64,000 nt of DNA from an uncultured virus (IMG/VR IMGVR_UViG_3300037087_000281) (Duplodnaviria; Heunggongvirae; Uroviricota; Caudoviricetes). The position numbers were made by a program, and so were the translations under genes. The stretch is from the IMG/VR virus record IMGVR_UViG_3300037087_000281; one strand, 5' to 3'. Positions 1-10,002 of this stretch are shown here, piece after piece (positions within the stretch are counted from its first letter, which is position 1; each line of letters opens with the position of its first letter). The notes below the pieces were generated by a model that saw only the letters and a list, made by a program, of their open reading frames with translations, did not search any database and was not told where the DNA came from.

Positions 1-2
1 AG

Positions 3-452
3 CGCGATGAATTCGAGATCTACGGCGACATAGTCAAGGTAGACAAGGCACAACACCTGGTTTTTGGTTGGTTCAGTGTTACGGAAGTTCACGGCAAGAC
101 CATCGAGGACACCCAGAAAGATCTCATCAAAGAGGCCACCATCGAGGACAGTGCATATGAGTTCGTGCTTAACGAGCGCAAGGGCGGCGCGATGCATGAA
201 TACGGGAAGGACGATGAGGTTAAGGTAGTCGGCCAGCTCGTCGAATCCGTCGTCTTCACGCATGAGAAGCAGGAGGCGATGCTGAAGAGTTTGAAGGAGC
301 AAGGCATCGATGCCGAGCTGAATCTTCGTGCTGTGGCATGGTGGGGCGGATTTTTCATACAAGATCCTGACGTGTGGGACAAGATTACGACCGGTCACCT
401 GAGGGCCTTCAGCATCGGTGGCAAGGGCAAACGTGCGAAGATCGGTGAATGA
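3..452 (+). CDS. XkdF-like prohead protease (5' truncated by window edge)
   Basis: Frame open from base 3: IVKVDKAQHLVFGWFSV...IEDSAYEF...GGAMH...VESVVF...WWGGF...VWDKITTGHLRAFSIGG, resembling XkdF-type head proteases; upstream of scaffold/capsid. Confidence 0.75.
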   Translation, partial: RDEFEIYGDIVKVDKAQHLVFGWFSVTEVHGKTIEDTQKDLIKEATIEDSAYEFVLNERKGGAMHEYGKDDEVKVVGQLVESVVFTHEKQEAMLKSLKEQGIDAELNLRAVAWWGGFFIQDPDVWDKITTGHLRAFSIGGKGKRAKIGE

Positions 453-569
453 GAGGAGCGCCAAAGTGGAGAAAGTTCAACCGCACCAAACCATTCAGCT
501 TTGCAGGCACTGCCTTCAACGACCGGGGGAGGATCATCGTCTCGATTGTCCTTTTCGGAAAGAGGCCCA

Positions 570-1319
570 ATGCGAAAAGTCGCCAGCACCCTCACGATCT
601 TAGTGCTGGTCCTCCTGATCGGCTCGCCCGCGCAGGTTCAGGTGGGCCAGTCTCCGAAGCAGACGCTATCGCCCGAGTTGTATCGGTCGATGAGGGGCAG
701 TGACTCTGACAAGCTCGACACCGTCATCCGACAGCAGGAAATCTTCTCGTATCAGCACACCAAGATGATGGAGAAGATAGACTCCCTGATACCCACGATC
801 AGTCGGAACACGCAGCACCTGGAGGCCATCGATCAGCAGATGGCAGCGGAGCAAACGGCACGCAGGGAATTGCAGGCACAACTGGATCAGCACGTTTCGG
901 GGCAAGTCAACCAACCAATTTCCATCGCGGTGTTGACAGCACAACTGGATACCGTCCGCTCAGTGGGGATCTGGATACTCACGGGCGTCGGAGGCTTACT
1001 GCTCGGGCTCATCGCGTTCGCGGGTAAGGCATTTATTTCTAAGAATCTGCCTCCAGCGTGGGCCGCGACGCAGTCGATTCAAGTAGCCGAGCGGCTGCAA
1101 GAGCACGAAAAAGCTCAAAAAGAGCTATTGCGGGAGCACGATCAGCGGCAGGAGGAGTATCGAAACCACGTGTTAGGTGGGCTCCAGGAGGTGAAGCAGG
1201 TCGTTAACGAGGCTGGGAATCGGGCCGATAAAGCCTTCCTGGAGAGCAACAACGTAAATTTGAAATTGGTAGCTATTGGAGCACAAGTCCGAGATGGAAA
1301 ACCATTGAAACAGGAGTAA
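570..1319 (+). CDS. Membrane protein with signal/TM segment, coiled coil and second TM (possible lysis-related)
   Basis: GAGG then ATG at 570; hydrophobic N-terminus and IWILTGVGGLLLGLIAFAG segment. Confidence 0.55.
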   Translation: MRKVASTLTILVLVLLIGSPAQVQVGQSPKQTLSPELYRSMRGSDSDKLDTVIRQQEIFSYQHTKMMEKIDSLIPTISRNTQHLEAIDQQMAAEQTARRELQAQLDQHVSGQVNQPISIAVLTAQLDTVRSVGIWILTGVGGLLLGLIAFAGKAFISKNLPPAWAATQSIQVAERLQEHEKAQKELLREHDQRQEEYRNHVLGGLQEVKQVVNEAGNRADKAFLESNNVNLKLVAIGAQVRDGKPLKQE

Positions 1320-1322
1320 AAT

Positions 1323-1487
1323 ATGCACTATAAGAATGGACGTGAAGCAAAGAACGGAGACAAGGTCATACTGCTGTCGGCATACGGATCTCCTGTTATC
1401 GGAATCCTGTATGACGCGACGGCCACCTCTTCGAAGTCTCCCGTTAAGCCTGCCGATAAGCCCCCTGAAGTCCCCCCAGGGGGATAA
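1323..1487 (+). CDS. Small hypothetical protein (MHYKNGREAKNGDKV..., 54 aa)
   Basis: AGGAG SD, ATG 1323, TAA 1485-1487; fills the gap between neighbouring genes. Confidence 0.6.
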   Translation: MHYKNGREAKNGDKVILLSAYGSPVIGILYDATATSSKSPVKPADKPPEVPPGG

Positions 1488-1489
1488 GC

Positions 1490-1807
1490 GTGGAAATCGA
1501 CTGGGTAAAGGCAATCGCCATCGGAGGCTGCGTGCTCTGGGGGGTCCAACAGATGAGAGAAATCTATCGTAGGTTGGCGCGGCCTGTCGGACTGACCGTG
1601 ATGAACGGCGAGTACAAGGCCCTCGTGGAAAACCTAGAGCAACTGAAACGCACCACCAACGAGATGCTGACCGCCGCGAAGCAGGAAGTTATGGCCGAGG
1701 TTCTTGAAGGGCTTCCGTGTAGGGCTTCCGGATCGCAACTAATCCAACCCACGCTAGCAGGAGCCACGTGCGGTATGTCACCATCCACAACGGCGGGTGA
1801 TGATTAA
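1490..1807 (+). CDS. Small membrane-anchored protein, holin-like
   Basis: N-terminal TM (WVKAIAIGGCVLWGV) followed by a charged/coiled segment. Confidence 0.45.
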   Translation: MEIDWVKAIAIGGCVLWGVQQMREIYRRLARPVGLTVMNGEYKALVENLEQLKRTTNEMLTAAKQEVMAEVLEGLPCRASGSQLIQPTLAGATCGMSPSTTAGDD

Positions 1808-1823
1808 GGAGAATAGATAACAC

Positions 1824-3200
1824 ATGCCTCAAGAACTCAGCAATCTTACGATTAGTGAGGTAAGTTTGGTCGACAGGCCGGCCAACTCCAGCACGGACAA
1901 GGACGGCAAGCGAGTGCCACATGCTCGCGTCGCTTTGTTCAAACGCGATGACTCTGTAGAGAAGGCGGGTAAAACTGAGGGCGGCATCAGCTATCCAAAA
2001 TCCGACTACGCATACACTCCAGACGATACCCCGTCTAACTGGAAGTTGCGCCTGACAGCGAGTCCAGGCGGCAAGCCCGACCCGCACATAGTCGGCGCGG
2101 CGGTCGCGGCACTGGGCAAAGGTTTTCGTGGCAACAAGGTAGAGATTCCGGCGGAGGCGCTGCACGGCGTCAAGGCCAAGGTGCGGGCGGCGTGGCTCGC
2201 AGCAAACGCAGACAAGGGAAGCGACGAGCTGCCCGACATTCTAAAACAAATCAACAAAGGAGATACAGGTATGACACTGGAACAGATCGAGAAGAAACTC
2301 ACCGACCAGGACGCCGTGCTCAAGGCGCTCACCGACGAGCGCGACGTTCTGAAGGCCGAAAACGAAGTCGTCCTCAAGATGTCGAAGAAGGAGCGCAAGG
2401 CTTACGCCTCGATGTCCGAGGACGAGCGCAAGAGCTACATGGCGGGCGACGCCGACAAGCGGAAGTCAATGCTGGAGAAGGCCGAGGGCCAGCTCCGTGA
2501 GAAGGCCCTCTGCGACTCGATGGACGACGCCACCAAGGCCAACTTCGAGAAGGCGGGGCCGTCCAGCCGCGCCGCGATGCTGGAGGATCAGGAGAAGAAG
2601 CTCGCTAAGTCCAAAGGCCCTAAGGGTGACAAAGGCCCCAAGGGCGACAAAGGCAAGGACGGGGAAGACGGCGAGGACGGGGAAGACGGCGAGGACGGTG
2701 ACGAAGTGGACGACGAAGAAGATTACGGAAAGGCGAAGAAGGCGAAGAAAGCCATGCTGAAGAAGTTCGACGTGGTGGACGACCTTGTCACCCGCGTGAC
2801 CAAGGCCGAGACCGAGCTGGCGACCGCCAACCGGACGGCTCGCATCCTGAAGTTCGCCAAGCGCGCCGAGACCGACCTCCCGCACACGGCGGGGACGCCG
2901 GAGGCGAAGGGCGAGATGATCATGAAGCTCGCCGACTCTCTTGGCGACGGCAGCACGGCGTTCGACAACATCATGAAGAGCCTGGTGGAGGCCGACAAGG
3001 CCATCGCCAGCCACTTCGTTGAAGTCGGCAAGAGCGGCGGCAACATTCCGGCCCTCCTGGTCTTCGAGAAGCGCGTATCGGATGTCAGCAAGAGTGACAA
3101 CATCAGCGTGGCCAAGGCGACGGAGAAGGTGATGAAGGACGAGCCCCAGCTCTACCTGGCCTACGAGCACGAGCAGCGGCAGCAGGCGTTGCGGCAGTAG
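1824..3200 (+). CDS. Capsid scaffold/maturation protein with collagen-like G-X-Y segment
   Basis: AAGGAG SD; N-terminal EVSLVDRPAN motif; charged coiled-coil body; directly upstream of cement and capsid genes. Confidence 0.7.
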   Translation: MPQELSNLTISEVSLVDRPANSSTDKDGKRVPHARVALFKRDDSVEKAGKTEGGISYPKSDYAYTPDDTPSNWKLRLTASPGGKPDPHIVGAAVAALGKGFRGNKVEIPAEALHGVKAKVRAAWLAANADKGSDELPDILKQINKGDTGMTLEQIEKKLTDQDAVLKALTDERDVLKAENEVVLKMSKKERKAYASMSEDERKSYMAGDADKRKSMLEKAEGQLREKALCDSMDDATKANFEKAGPSSRAAMLEDQEKKLAKSKGPKGDKGPKGDKGKDGEDGEDGEDGEDGDEVDDEEDYGKAKKAKKAMLKKFDVVDDLVTRVTKAETELATANRTARILKFAKRAETDLPHTAGTPEAKGEMIMKLADSLGDGSTAFDNIMKSLVEADKAIASHFVEVGKSGGNIPALLVFEKRVSDVSKSDNISVAKATEKVMKDEPQLYLAYEHEQRQQALRQ

Positions 3201-3254
3201 GCAATAACCTCTCCCAAACCAAGAACAAAAGAAAACAACAGGAGATAACTCACA

Positions 3255-3632
3255 ATGGCATACGAACTACTCAAGACCAAATCCATCAACATCACCGCCA
3301 GCTTTGCGACTAAGCAGTACACGTTCGTGAAGCTCGACACCAACGGCACATTGGCCACCCCGTCGGCGGGCGGCATGGCCATCGGCGTCATCCAGGACAA
3401 CCCCAACACGGCTGGCAACCCCGGAGCGGTCTGCTTCCCCGGCGATATCACCAAGGTGAAGGTCGGCACCGGCGGCATCACGGCGGGCGGGGCGGTCAGT
3501 ACCGACGGCAACGGCTGTGCCGTGGCTTGGACCAGCGGCGCCATGATCCTCGGCTACGCGCTATTCGCGGCGGCAGTCGGGGGACTGGGCAGCATCATCT
3601 ACCAGCCGACCACTCACACCTCGTGGGGATAG
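3255..3632 (+). CDS. Capsid cement/decoration protein (DUF2190-like)
   Basis: Gly/Ala-rich 125 aa with AIGVIQ and GGITAGGAVSTDGNGCAV; precedes major capsid gene. Confidence 0.7.
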   Translation: MAYELLKTKSINITASFATKQYTFVKLDTNGTLATPSAGGMAIGVIQDNPNTAGNPGAVCFPGDITKVKVGTGGITAGGAVSTDGNGCAVAWTSGAMILGYALFAAAVGGLGSIIYQPTTHTSWG

Positions 3633-3693
3633 AGGACAAGCGACTCCCCGAAACTCAACCAAGAACTGAAAAGGAAACAGGAGAAAACAACAA

Positions 3694-4704
3694 ATGCCTC
3701 AACCCACACTCGGTGACGTTCACGTAAATCGACCGCTGACCAACCTCAGCATCGGCTTCGTTCAGGACCAGAGCGACTTCGTCGCCGGTCAAGTCTTCCC
3801 GTCCATCCCGGTCAACAACCGCTCGGACGTCTATTTCGTCTACAACCGTGGCGACTTCTTCCGCAACAACATGCAGAAGCGTGCGCCCGGAACCCCGGCG
3901 GCAAGCGGCGGCTACAAGCTGACCACCCAGACCTACGTCGCCGACGTCTGGTCGCTGAAGAAGGTCATCGATGACCAGATCCGCGCCAACAGCGACGCCC
4001 CGCTCCAGCCCGACCGCGACGCCACCTACTGGCTCACGCAGCAGGCCCTCGTCAACCGCGACGTCAACTGGGTGGCGTCCTATTTCACGACCGGCGTCTG
4101 GGGCACGGACATCACCGGCGTCGCCAGTGGCACACCCAACTCGACTCAGGCCCTTCAGTGGGACAAGTCCGGCAGCACCCCCATCGAGGACGTCCTCAAG
4201 GGTCAGCTCGCCATCAAGAGCAAGACGGGCATGTGGCCCAACGTGCTGGTACTCGGAGCCCAGGTCTTCATGGCGCTCCTGACCAACGGGGAGATAACCG
4301 ACCGGTTGAAGTACGGCCAGACGGCTCCCGGCCCGGTTGTGGTCAATTTGACGGACCTCGCGGCGCTCTTCAAGGTGTCAAAGGTTGTCGTCGCGGCGGC
4401 CATCCAGACGACCTCGGCCGAGGACACGGTTCCCAACTCCGACACCACCCCCGACACCTTCGACTTCATCGCGGGGAAGAACGCGGGGCTGTTCTACGCT
4501 TCCCCGTCGCCCGGCATCTTCGAAGCCAGTGCCGGGTACACATTCAACTGGACCGGCTTCACCGGCGCCACAGCGGCAGGCATGCGTATCAAGAAATACC
4601 GCTGGGAGATCGACTCGGCGGACCACGTCGAGATCGATAATGCATATGCTTTCGGCCTGGTATCCAAGTATTTGGGCTACTTCTACAGTGGCCTAGTGAG
4701 CTAG
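3694..4704 (+). CDS. Major capsid protein
   Basis: 336 aa; N-terminal DVHVNRPLTNLSIGF...VFPSIPV typical of capsid E-like proteins; position and strong codon bias. Confidence 0.88.
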   Translation: MPQPTLGDVHVNRPLTNLSIGFVQDQSDFVAGQVFPSIPVNNRSDVYFVYNRGDFFRNNMQKRAPGTPAASGGYKLTTQTYVADVWSLKKVIDDQIRANSDAPLQPDRDATYWLTQQALVNRDVNWVASYFTTGVWGTDITGVASGTPNSTQALQWDKSGSTPIEDVLKGQLAIKSKTGMWPNVLVLGAQVFMALLTNGEITDRLKYGQTAPGPVVVNLTDLAALFKVSKVVVAAAIQTTSAEDTVPNSDTTPDTFDFIAGKNAGLFYASPSPGIFEASAGYTFNWTGFTGATAAGMRIKKYRWEIDSADHVEIDNAYAFGLVSKYLGYFYSGLVS

Positions 4705-4722
4705 ACCCATCGGGAGAATTTC

Positions 4723-5175
4723 ATGCTGACACTATCTTGTTCCAGGCCCCACATCCGCACGGTTGACTTCCGGACCTCACGGTTCGTGGTCGCTAAGGCA
4801 TGCGGCCTGGACGTTGACGGGCGGCATCTGGAACGCGGCGACGAGGTGCCGGCGGGAGCGTTGTCAGAGACGGCCTTGCGGCAGATCTACGACACCCCGC
4901 TGCGGCGCATCGAGACCGTCGAGTACGCTTTCACCCAGGACGAGGCTCTCCGCACAGAGTGCCTCGCTCGCGGGGTCCCTCCTCCCGGCGACCTTCCCGT
5001 CCAGGAAGAGATGCCGTTGACGGCCGACGGGGAAGCTCCTCGCGCGAAGGTCATAGCGCCAGACCTGGACAGTCTGCCTTACGGCGACTTGGTCGAGCTA
5101 TGCAAGGAGAATGGAGTAAACTCTAATGGAAACAAGCACCAGCTCAAAAAGCGTCTCAGCGCCTTTCTGGGATAG
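4723..5175 (+). CDS. Hypothetical protein with C-terminal SAP/HeH-like motif
   Basis: C-terminal LDSLPYGDLVELCKENGVNSNGNKHQLKKRL. Confidence 0.55.
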   Translation: MLTLSCSRPHIRTVDFRTSRFVVAKACGLDVDGRHLERGDEVPAGALSETALRQIYDTPLRRIETVEYAFTQDEALRTECLARGVPPPGDLPVQEEMPLTADGEAPRAKVIAPDLDSLPYGDLVELCKENGVNSNGNKHQLKKRLSAFLG

Positions 5176-5851
5176 CGTCTGCATCGTAGCAGGCGGTCCC
5201 AGCGCGCAGGACGTGCCTATCAGCTTTCTTCGGTGTCAGGAGCGACTGCTTCTGGTGAATGACGCTGCTCTTCGTCTTTCCTCCTTGAACCCGATGTCGT
5301 CGTTCGTCTCCTTGGATAATAACTGGGTGAGACGACATCGGGACTTTTTGACCAGCTTCCAGGGAGAGAAGTTCGTGGCGCTTCCGCAGGAGACTTGGCC
5401 GGACTGCGGGGGCATACCTGCAGTGACCTATCTCGGGTGGGACTACGACAACGGTCTCAGTGAAGATCCGACAAAGATCAACACCGGAGGCAACAGCGGT
5501 TACGGCGCGCTTGGCGTTGCATACCTCAAGCGAGCCAAAAACATATTCCTGGTCGGGTACGACATGGACCCGGCAGTGGACGCGAAGTACTTCGAGTGGG
5601 TACCACGCTTTCGGGCGGCAGCCAAGCAGCTCCGGGCAGCAGGAGTGTCCGTTCGGAATCTAAACCCGGATTCCCACATTGACGCCTTCCCACGGGTCCG
5701 AATAAGCGATTTTAAGCCTTCGGATGGCTGGGGCGGGTATAAACCCTCGGTTCGAGACCTCCGACGCGTCCTAGCGACCCCTAAGCACCAAGAAATGGCA
5801 TCCTACCGGATCGGAAAGACCGCTTCGGCGGGAAAAGGAGCGATTTCATGA
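5126..5851 (+). CDS. DUF115/MptE-like glycosyltransferase-fold protein, copy 1
   Basis: CIVAGGPS...GGNSGYGAL...IFLVGYD motifs. Confidence 0.65.
   Translation: METSTSSKSVSAPFWDSVCIVAGGPSAQDVPISFLRCQERLLLVNDAALRLSSLNPMSSFVSLDNNWVRRHRDFLTSFQGEKFVALPQETWPDCGGIPAVTYLGWDYDNGLSEDPTKINTGGNSGYGALGVAYLKRAKNIFLVGYDMDPAVDAKYFEWVPRFRAAAKQLRAAGVSVRNLNPDSHIDAFPRVRISDFKPSDGWGGYKPSVRDLRRVLATPKHQEMASYRIGKTASAGKGAIS
5711..5805 (+). repeat. Fixed-spacing dispersed element, copy 1
   Basis: TTTAAG...GGGTATAAA...CGTCCTAG(+56)...CAAGAAA(+78)...TCCTA(+90). Confidence 0.75.
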
Positions 5852-6309
5852 GCTGGACGTACTCTGGAAGTCCCCTGAACAGCCCGTTGGATGAAGTCCG
5901 GTTCCTGATCGGGGACACAGTCAGCACAGCTCCGAGAGTCTCCGATGAAGAGATCGCCTACAACATCTTCCTGGTCAGCGGGGCGAATCCGCCGCCTACC
6001 GGGAACTTCCTGGCAGCGGCTTACAGCGCCGACGGCATCGCTGCCAGGAGCGCAAGCTCGGTCGACAAGTCGGTCGGTGATCTTCACCTATCTTACAGCC
6101 AGCAGGCGACGGCGTACCGCGCGTTGGCTAACGCGCTCAGGCGGCGCGCCACTCTTAACATGGTGCCGGTCTACGTCGGCGGGCTGTCCATGGCGGAGAA
6201 GGCGGCCAACGACGAGGACACGGACCTGGTGCAACCGGGAATTCGTATTGATGGAATGAACATCCCGCAGGGCATGTTCCCGACCGGCGGTGGGAACCCG
6301 GAGGTATAG
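5848..6309 (+). CDS. Head-tail adaptor/head completion protein
   Basis: MSWTYSG...DEVRFLIGDT...SDEEI...VDKSVGDLHLSYSQ; synteny. Confidence 0.75.
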   Translation: MSWTYSGSPLNSPLDEVRFLIGDTVSTAPRVSDEEIAYNIFLVSGANPPPTGNFLAAAYSADGIAARSASSVDKSVGDLHLSYSQQATAYRALANALRRRATLNMVPVYVGGLSMAEKAANDEDTDLVQPGIRIDGMNIPQGMFPTGGGNPEV

Positions 6310-6648
6310 ATGCCTGTCTCTGATTGGGCCGACTTGTGTCCACATATGATTGGTTGGACTCCGCTGACTGGTCGCGACCAGTACGGCAAGCCGATCTATG
6401 GACCAGAGCAGACTTTCCAAGGACGCCGCGTATTCAAGATTGAGCGCGTGCCTTCCGGCGGTCAGGGTGATGGGGCGGTTGTGCTCTCCAGCATGACTAT
6501 CTGGATACTCGGTTTGCCAGACGTGAAGTACGATGACAGAATTTACGTCGTCGGTGACGACAAGTTCCCGCCCATCCTCAATGTGATGAAATGGCCGGAT
6601 GAAAATGGAGACTGTTATGTAAAAGTTCAACTGGGGACCGCCAAGTGA
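6310..6648 (+). CDS. Head closure/stopper protein
   Basis: 112 aa with RDQYGKPIYG; position after adaptor. Confidence 0.6.
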   Translation: MPVSDWADLCPHMIGWTPLTGRDQYGKPIYGPEQTFQGRRVFKIERVPSGGQGDGAVVLSSMTIWILGLPDVKYDDRIYVVGDDKFPPILNVMKWPDENGDCYVKVQLGTAK

Positions 6649-6802
6649 CTACTTTGTCGGATGCAATCACGGATCAGATTCTTATGGCTCGGCTTGAAAT
6701 TTGTCGGCGCGAGTTTATGTCTAGACGTATTACTGCCGAGGCGGTAGAAGCTGAAATTGCAGCGGTCGAAAGTGAAGTCCAATTGCGAAAGCATAAAGCA
6801 TC

Positions 6803-6961
6803 ATGAAGATCAGCTTTCGGCTCGACACCTCGACCGTCGCCTCCGACGAGTTCCTCGACACGGCGGAGTGGGCATTGCGCGAGGGGCTGATGACCGAGGA
6901 CCAGTTGATGGACGTGGTGGCTGCCGAGATCCTGTCGAACGTGAAGGTGGCAGAGGAGTAA
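6803..6961 (+). CDS. Small hypothetical protein (MKISFRLDTSTV..., 52 aa)
   Basis: ATGA overlap with upstream small ORF (6645-6806); ends TAA just before gp10-like gene. Confidence 0.4.
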   Translation: MKISFRLDTSTVASDEFLDTAEWALREGLMTEDQLMDVVAAEILSNVKVAEE

Positions 6962-6965
6962 ACTT

Positions 6966-7364
6966 ATGGCCAAGGTAACGTTCTCCCTCAACGGTATCGA
7001 CACCATCAAGGCTCGCATCGAGCGGGCCATCGCCAACGTGCAGCCGGAGGTCGCGTCTGCCCTCTACCAGTTCGCCGGTAGCATCATGATCGAGAGCAAG
7101 CGCCGCGTTCCAGTGAAGACTGGTGCGCTGATGAACACCGGCAAGGTGCAGGAGCCGGAGGTCAGTGGGTCCAAGGTGACTGTCACGCTGGGATATGGGG
7201 ATGAGACGGTTGGCTACGCACTGGCCGTACACGAGAACATGAGCCCTACCGTGCACTGGACTCGTCCAGGTTCTGGACCACACTACCTCATCAATCCCGT
7301 CCAAGAGCGGCAGGATGAGCTTCCGGGGATAGTTGCCGACGCGATAAAGAGGTCCGTGGCGTGA
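6966..7364 (+). CDS. HK97 gp10-like tail completion protein
   Basis: SKRRVPVKTGALMNT...YALAVHE...GPHYL motifs. Confidence 0.75.
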   Translation: MAKVTFSLNGIDTIKARIERAIANVQPEVASALYQFAGSIMIESKRRVPVKTGALMNTGKVQEPEVSGSKVTVTLGYGDETVGYALAVHENMSPTVHWTRPGSGPHYLINPVQERQDELPGIVADAIKRSVA

Positions 7365-7750
7365 GCCTGCTTCTCGACGACATCTACGATTACCTGTCGG
7401 CCAACGTCGGCAACAGCACCGGGTGGCTTCTGTACAAGTCGTACATGCCCGATGAGCAAGATCAATGTGTGGGCATCTTCGAGACCGGCGGGATGCCGGC
7501 CGACACCATGGAGCGGGAGAACGAGCGGGTCACTTTTCAGGTGTGCGTGCGTGGCTCTCGCTTCGACTACATCACCGTCCGCCGGAAGTGGCAGGAGATG
7601 TTCGAGGCCTTGCAGGACTCGCTGCCGGCGACGGGCTACATCCTGGTGCAGGCGATGTCATATGCCCCGCTGGTCTGGAACGACCCCAGCGGACGTATCA
7701 ATATGTCGAGCAACTGGCGCGTGACCCGGTTGCATTCATTATCACAATGA
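7361..7750 (+). CDS. Tail terminator / 'minor capsid' family protein
   Basis: MPDEQDQCVGIFETGG...FQVCVRG; synteny. Confidence 0.65.
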   Translation: MSLLLDDIYDYLSANVGNSTGWLLYKSYMPDEQDQCVGIFETGGMPADTMERENERVTFQVCVRGSRFDYITVRRKWQEMFEALQDSLPATGYILVQAMSYAPLVWNDPSGRINMSSNWRVTRLHSLSQ

Positions 7751-8415
7751 GGCATACGATTTCAAAATCCTGGCCGGGCGAGACCTGCGTGATCCTGGCC
7801 GGAGGCCCATCGTTGGCCATGCAAGACCTCTCCGCGCTGAGCATCCACCGCCCTAAGGTCATTACCATCAACGACAGCTGGCGGCTGTGGCCTTACGCGG
7901 ACGTGTTTTACTTCTGCGATCAGGAGTGGTACGAGAACCAGCTGGACCGGAATCGCTTGTCTCTTTGTCAGGCGTGCCACTTCCGAGACCTCTTGGTGAC
8001 GGGTTTCTGGTTGAAGGGTGGGGAGGAGTTGCGGTCGAACCCGAGCTTTCGTCACATTCCATTCACAGGGCAGACGGGCCTGGAGACCGATCCTTCGGGG
8101 CTCCGCCACGGTTCCAACAGTTCCTACGCAGCTATCAACCTCGCCTACCATTACGGCGTACGGAAGATCATCTTGCTGGGCGTGGACATGCAGGTGGTCG
8201 ATGGGCGGACGCATTGGCACGACGAGAAGCGTCCGGGCGGGTTCGACCGGATTCTGCGGAACACCATGCTCCCGCTGTTCGATTCCCTCGTGGAGCCGTT
8301 GAAGAGCGCCGGGGTGGAAGTCATCAACGCCTCTTCGGGATCGGCGCTTACTTGTTGGCTGACGATGGCCTTGGAGCAAGCGCTGCAACCAGTTTTGGAA
8401 ACAGTTAAAACTTAA
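7747..8415 (+). CDS. DUF115/MptE-like glycosyltransferase-fold protein, copy 2
   Basis: ATGA overlap; CVILAGGPSL...GSNSSYAAINLAY...IILLGVDM; paralog of 5126-5851. Confidence 0.68.
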   Translation: MRHTISKSWPGETCVILAGGPSLAMQDLSALSIHRPKVITINDSWRLWPYADVFYFCDQEWYENQLDRNRLSLCQACHFRDLLVTGFWLKGGEELRSNPSFRHIPFTGQTGLETDPSGLRHGSNSSYAAINLAYHYGVRKIILLGVDMQVVDGRTHWHDEKRPGGFDRILRNTMLPLFDSLVEPLKSAGVEVINASSGSALTCWLTMALEQALQPVLETVKT

Positions 8416-8424
8416 GGAGAAACA

Positions 8425-8670
8425 ATGGCAACTCAAACACAAATCAACGGCGGCATTCGTCGGAACTTCGCGTCTTTCGGCGATCGCAACTTTGAGAACG
8501 ACGGGACCACGCAGTACAAGGCCACCAAGGCTGCCGTTCATTTTCTCGGGACTCTCTACCACAAGGGAGATACGCTCCCCTACGATGTAGCGGGGACCAG
8601 TTATAGCAAGCAGGCTATCCACGAGATGCTCCTTCTCTGGAATAACGAGTGGATTGAGCCTCTGGCGTAA
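8425..8670 (+). CDS. Hypothetical protein
   Basis: AAGGAG SD; 81-aa ORF. Confidence 0.6.
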   Translation: MATQTQINGGIRRNFASFGDRNFENDGTTQYKATKAAVHFLGTLYHKGDTLPYDVAGTSYSKQAIHEMLLLWNNEWIEPLA

Positions 8671-8681
8671 GGAGAAGATGG

Positions 8682-8942
8682 ATGCGTTCCTGGAAGACGA
8701 CCTTGGCTGGCTACGTAACGTCCGGTGCCAGCTTGGTCCTCGCCTTGTCACAGGGTGGAGTCGTTTTGCCGAAGTGGGCGACTATCACTGCGGGCTTCGT
8801 GGCTGCGGGCGGAATCGCCGCTCTGGGCAAGTTCAGCAAGGATTACAACGTAACTGGGGCCATTGGTCCTGTTGCCGTGGGCGATCCTCCTGTTTCTCCG
8901 AAGGTCGTCACGATTCCCAGCAAGGACATGGCAACCAAGTGA
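8682..8942 (+). CDS. Two-TM small membrane protein, holin-like
   Basis: MRSWKTTLAG..., two hydrophobic segments followed by SKD. Confidence 0.55.
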   Translation: MRSWKTTLAGYVTSGASLVLALSQGGVVLPKWATITAGFVAAGGIAALGKFSKDYNVTGAIGPVAVGDPPVSPKVVTIPSKDMATK

Positions 8943-9739
8943 GCTTCCGCGCCACAGCTTTCGTTTGTTGCTATAACGAAGCGGATATCATAGGAGACAC
9001 GGTTCGTCATCTCCACGAGCAGGGAGTTGACGTTCACGTGGTGGACAATTGGAGCCAAGACGAGAGCGCCACCATCGTCAAAAAGTTGGGGATCATGAAC
9101 TACGAGAAGTTTCCCGCTGATGGCCCTTCACCATACTACTCGTGGCGATTGCTGCTTCAACGAGTCGAGGAGTTGGCTTACCAGTCAGATGCTGATTGGA
9201 TCATCCATCACGACGCCGACGAGATCCGTCGGAGTCCTCGCGCGAGGGAAAGCCTGCTGGACGGGCTGGAGCGTGTCGGTCGCGGGGGTTACTCGGCGGT
9301 GAACTTCCAGGTCTATCACTTCATGCCCGTGGACGACCTATACGTCGGTGACCCGGAGCGGCACTTTCGCTACTACACCGTCAACCATCCGGACAGCCGA
9401 ATGCGGCAGGTGAAGGCCTGGAAGCGCACGGAGCATCGGGTGGACTTGGCTAGCACGGGGGGTCACTTCGCGAAGTTCCCCGGCATGCTGGTCTCGCCGG
9501 AGTTCTTCACGCTGAAGCACTATCCGCTCCGCACCAGCGCGCAGGCGGAGCGGAAGGTGATCCGGGAGCGCGTGGGGCGCTACGATCCGGTGGAGCGTGC
9601 GATGAAGTGGCACGTGCAGTACGACGGCCTCGCGGTCTCGCGGCAGTGGATTCGACGACCCGAGGACTTGACTTTGTGGAACGATGCCCGACCACCAAAT
9701 GCTTTGCCATGTTTGTCGGCCTTGAAAGGAGCCGTATGA
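8939..9739 (+). CDS. Glycosyltransferase family 2
   Basis: YNEADII...VVDNWSQD...WIIHHDADE (DxD). Confidence 0.85.
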   Translation: MSFRATAFVCCYNEADIIGDTVRHLHEQGVDVHVVDNWSQDESATIVKKLGIMNYEKFPADGPSPYYSWRLLLQRVEELAYQSDADWIIHHDADEIRRSPRARESLLDGLERVGRGGYSAVNFQVYHFMPVDDLYVGDPERHFRYYTVNHPDSRMRQVKAWKRTEHRVDLASTGGHFAKFPGMLVSPEFFTLKHYPLRTSAQAERKVIRERVGRYDPVERAMKWHVQYDGLAVSRQWIRRPEDLTLWNDARPPNALPCLSALKGAV

Positions 9740-10002
9740 AAATGCTTACGACGTTGTTGTTGGCTGATGCTGTGAAGAAGGGAGGTCCTGGTGGCGGCCC
9801 GCACCCGAACCCTGGCAGCGCCAGCCGTTCTGCCAACTTGAAGTCCAAGATTGCCAATGCCAGCGACAAGAAGTCGGATCACCTGGCAGCGGCAGCTGCT
9901 CACCAGCTGGCCAGCAAGAAGCATCTCGCTGCCGGCAACTTCAAGACGGCGGCGCTTCACGCGGGAAAGGCTGGAGTTCACGAAGAGGCTGCGAAAAGCT
10001 AA
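9736..10002 (+). CDS. Small basic Ala/His/Lys-rich protein
   Basis: AAAGGAG SD; KKGGPGGGPHP motif. Confidence 0.5.
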   Translation: MKMLTTLLLADAVKKGGPGGGPHPNPGSASRSANLKSKIANASDKKSDHLAAAAAHQLASKKHLAAGNFKTAALHAGKAGVHEEAAKS

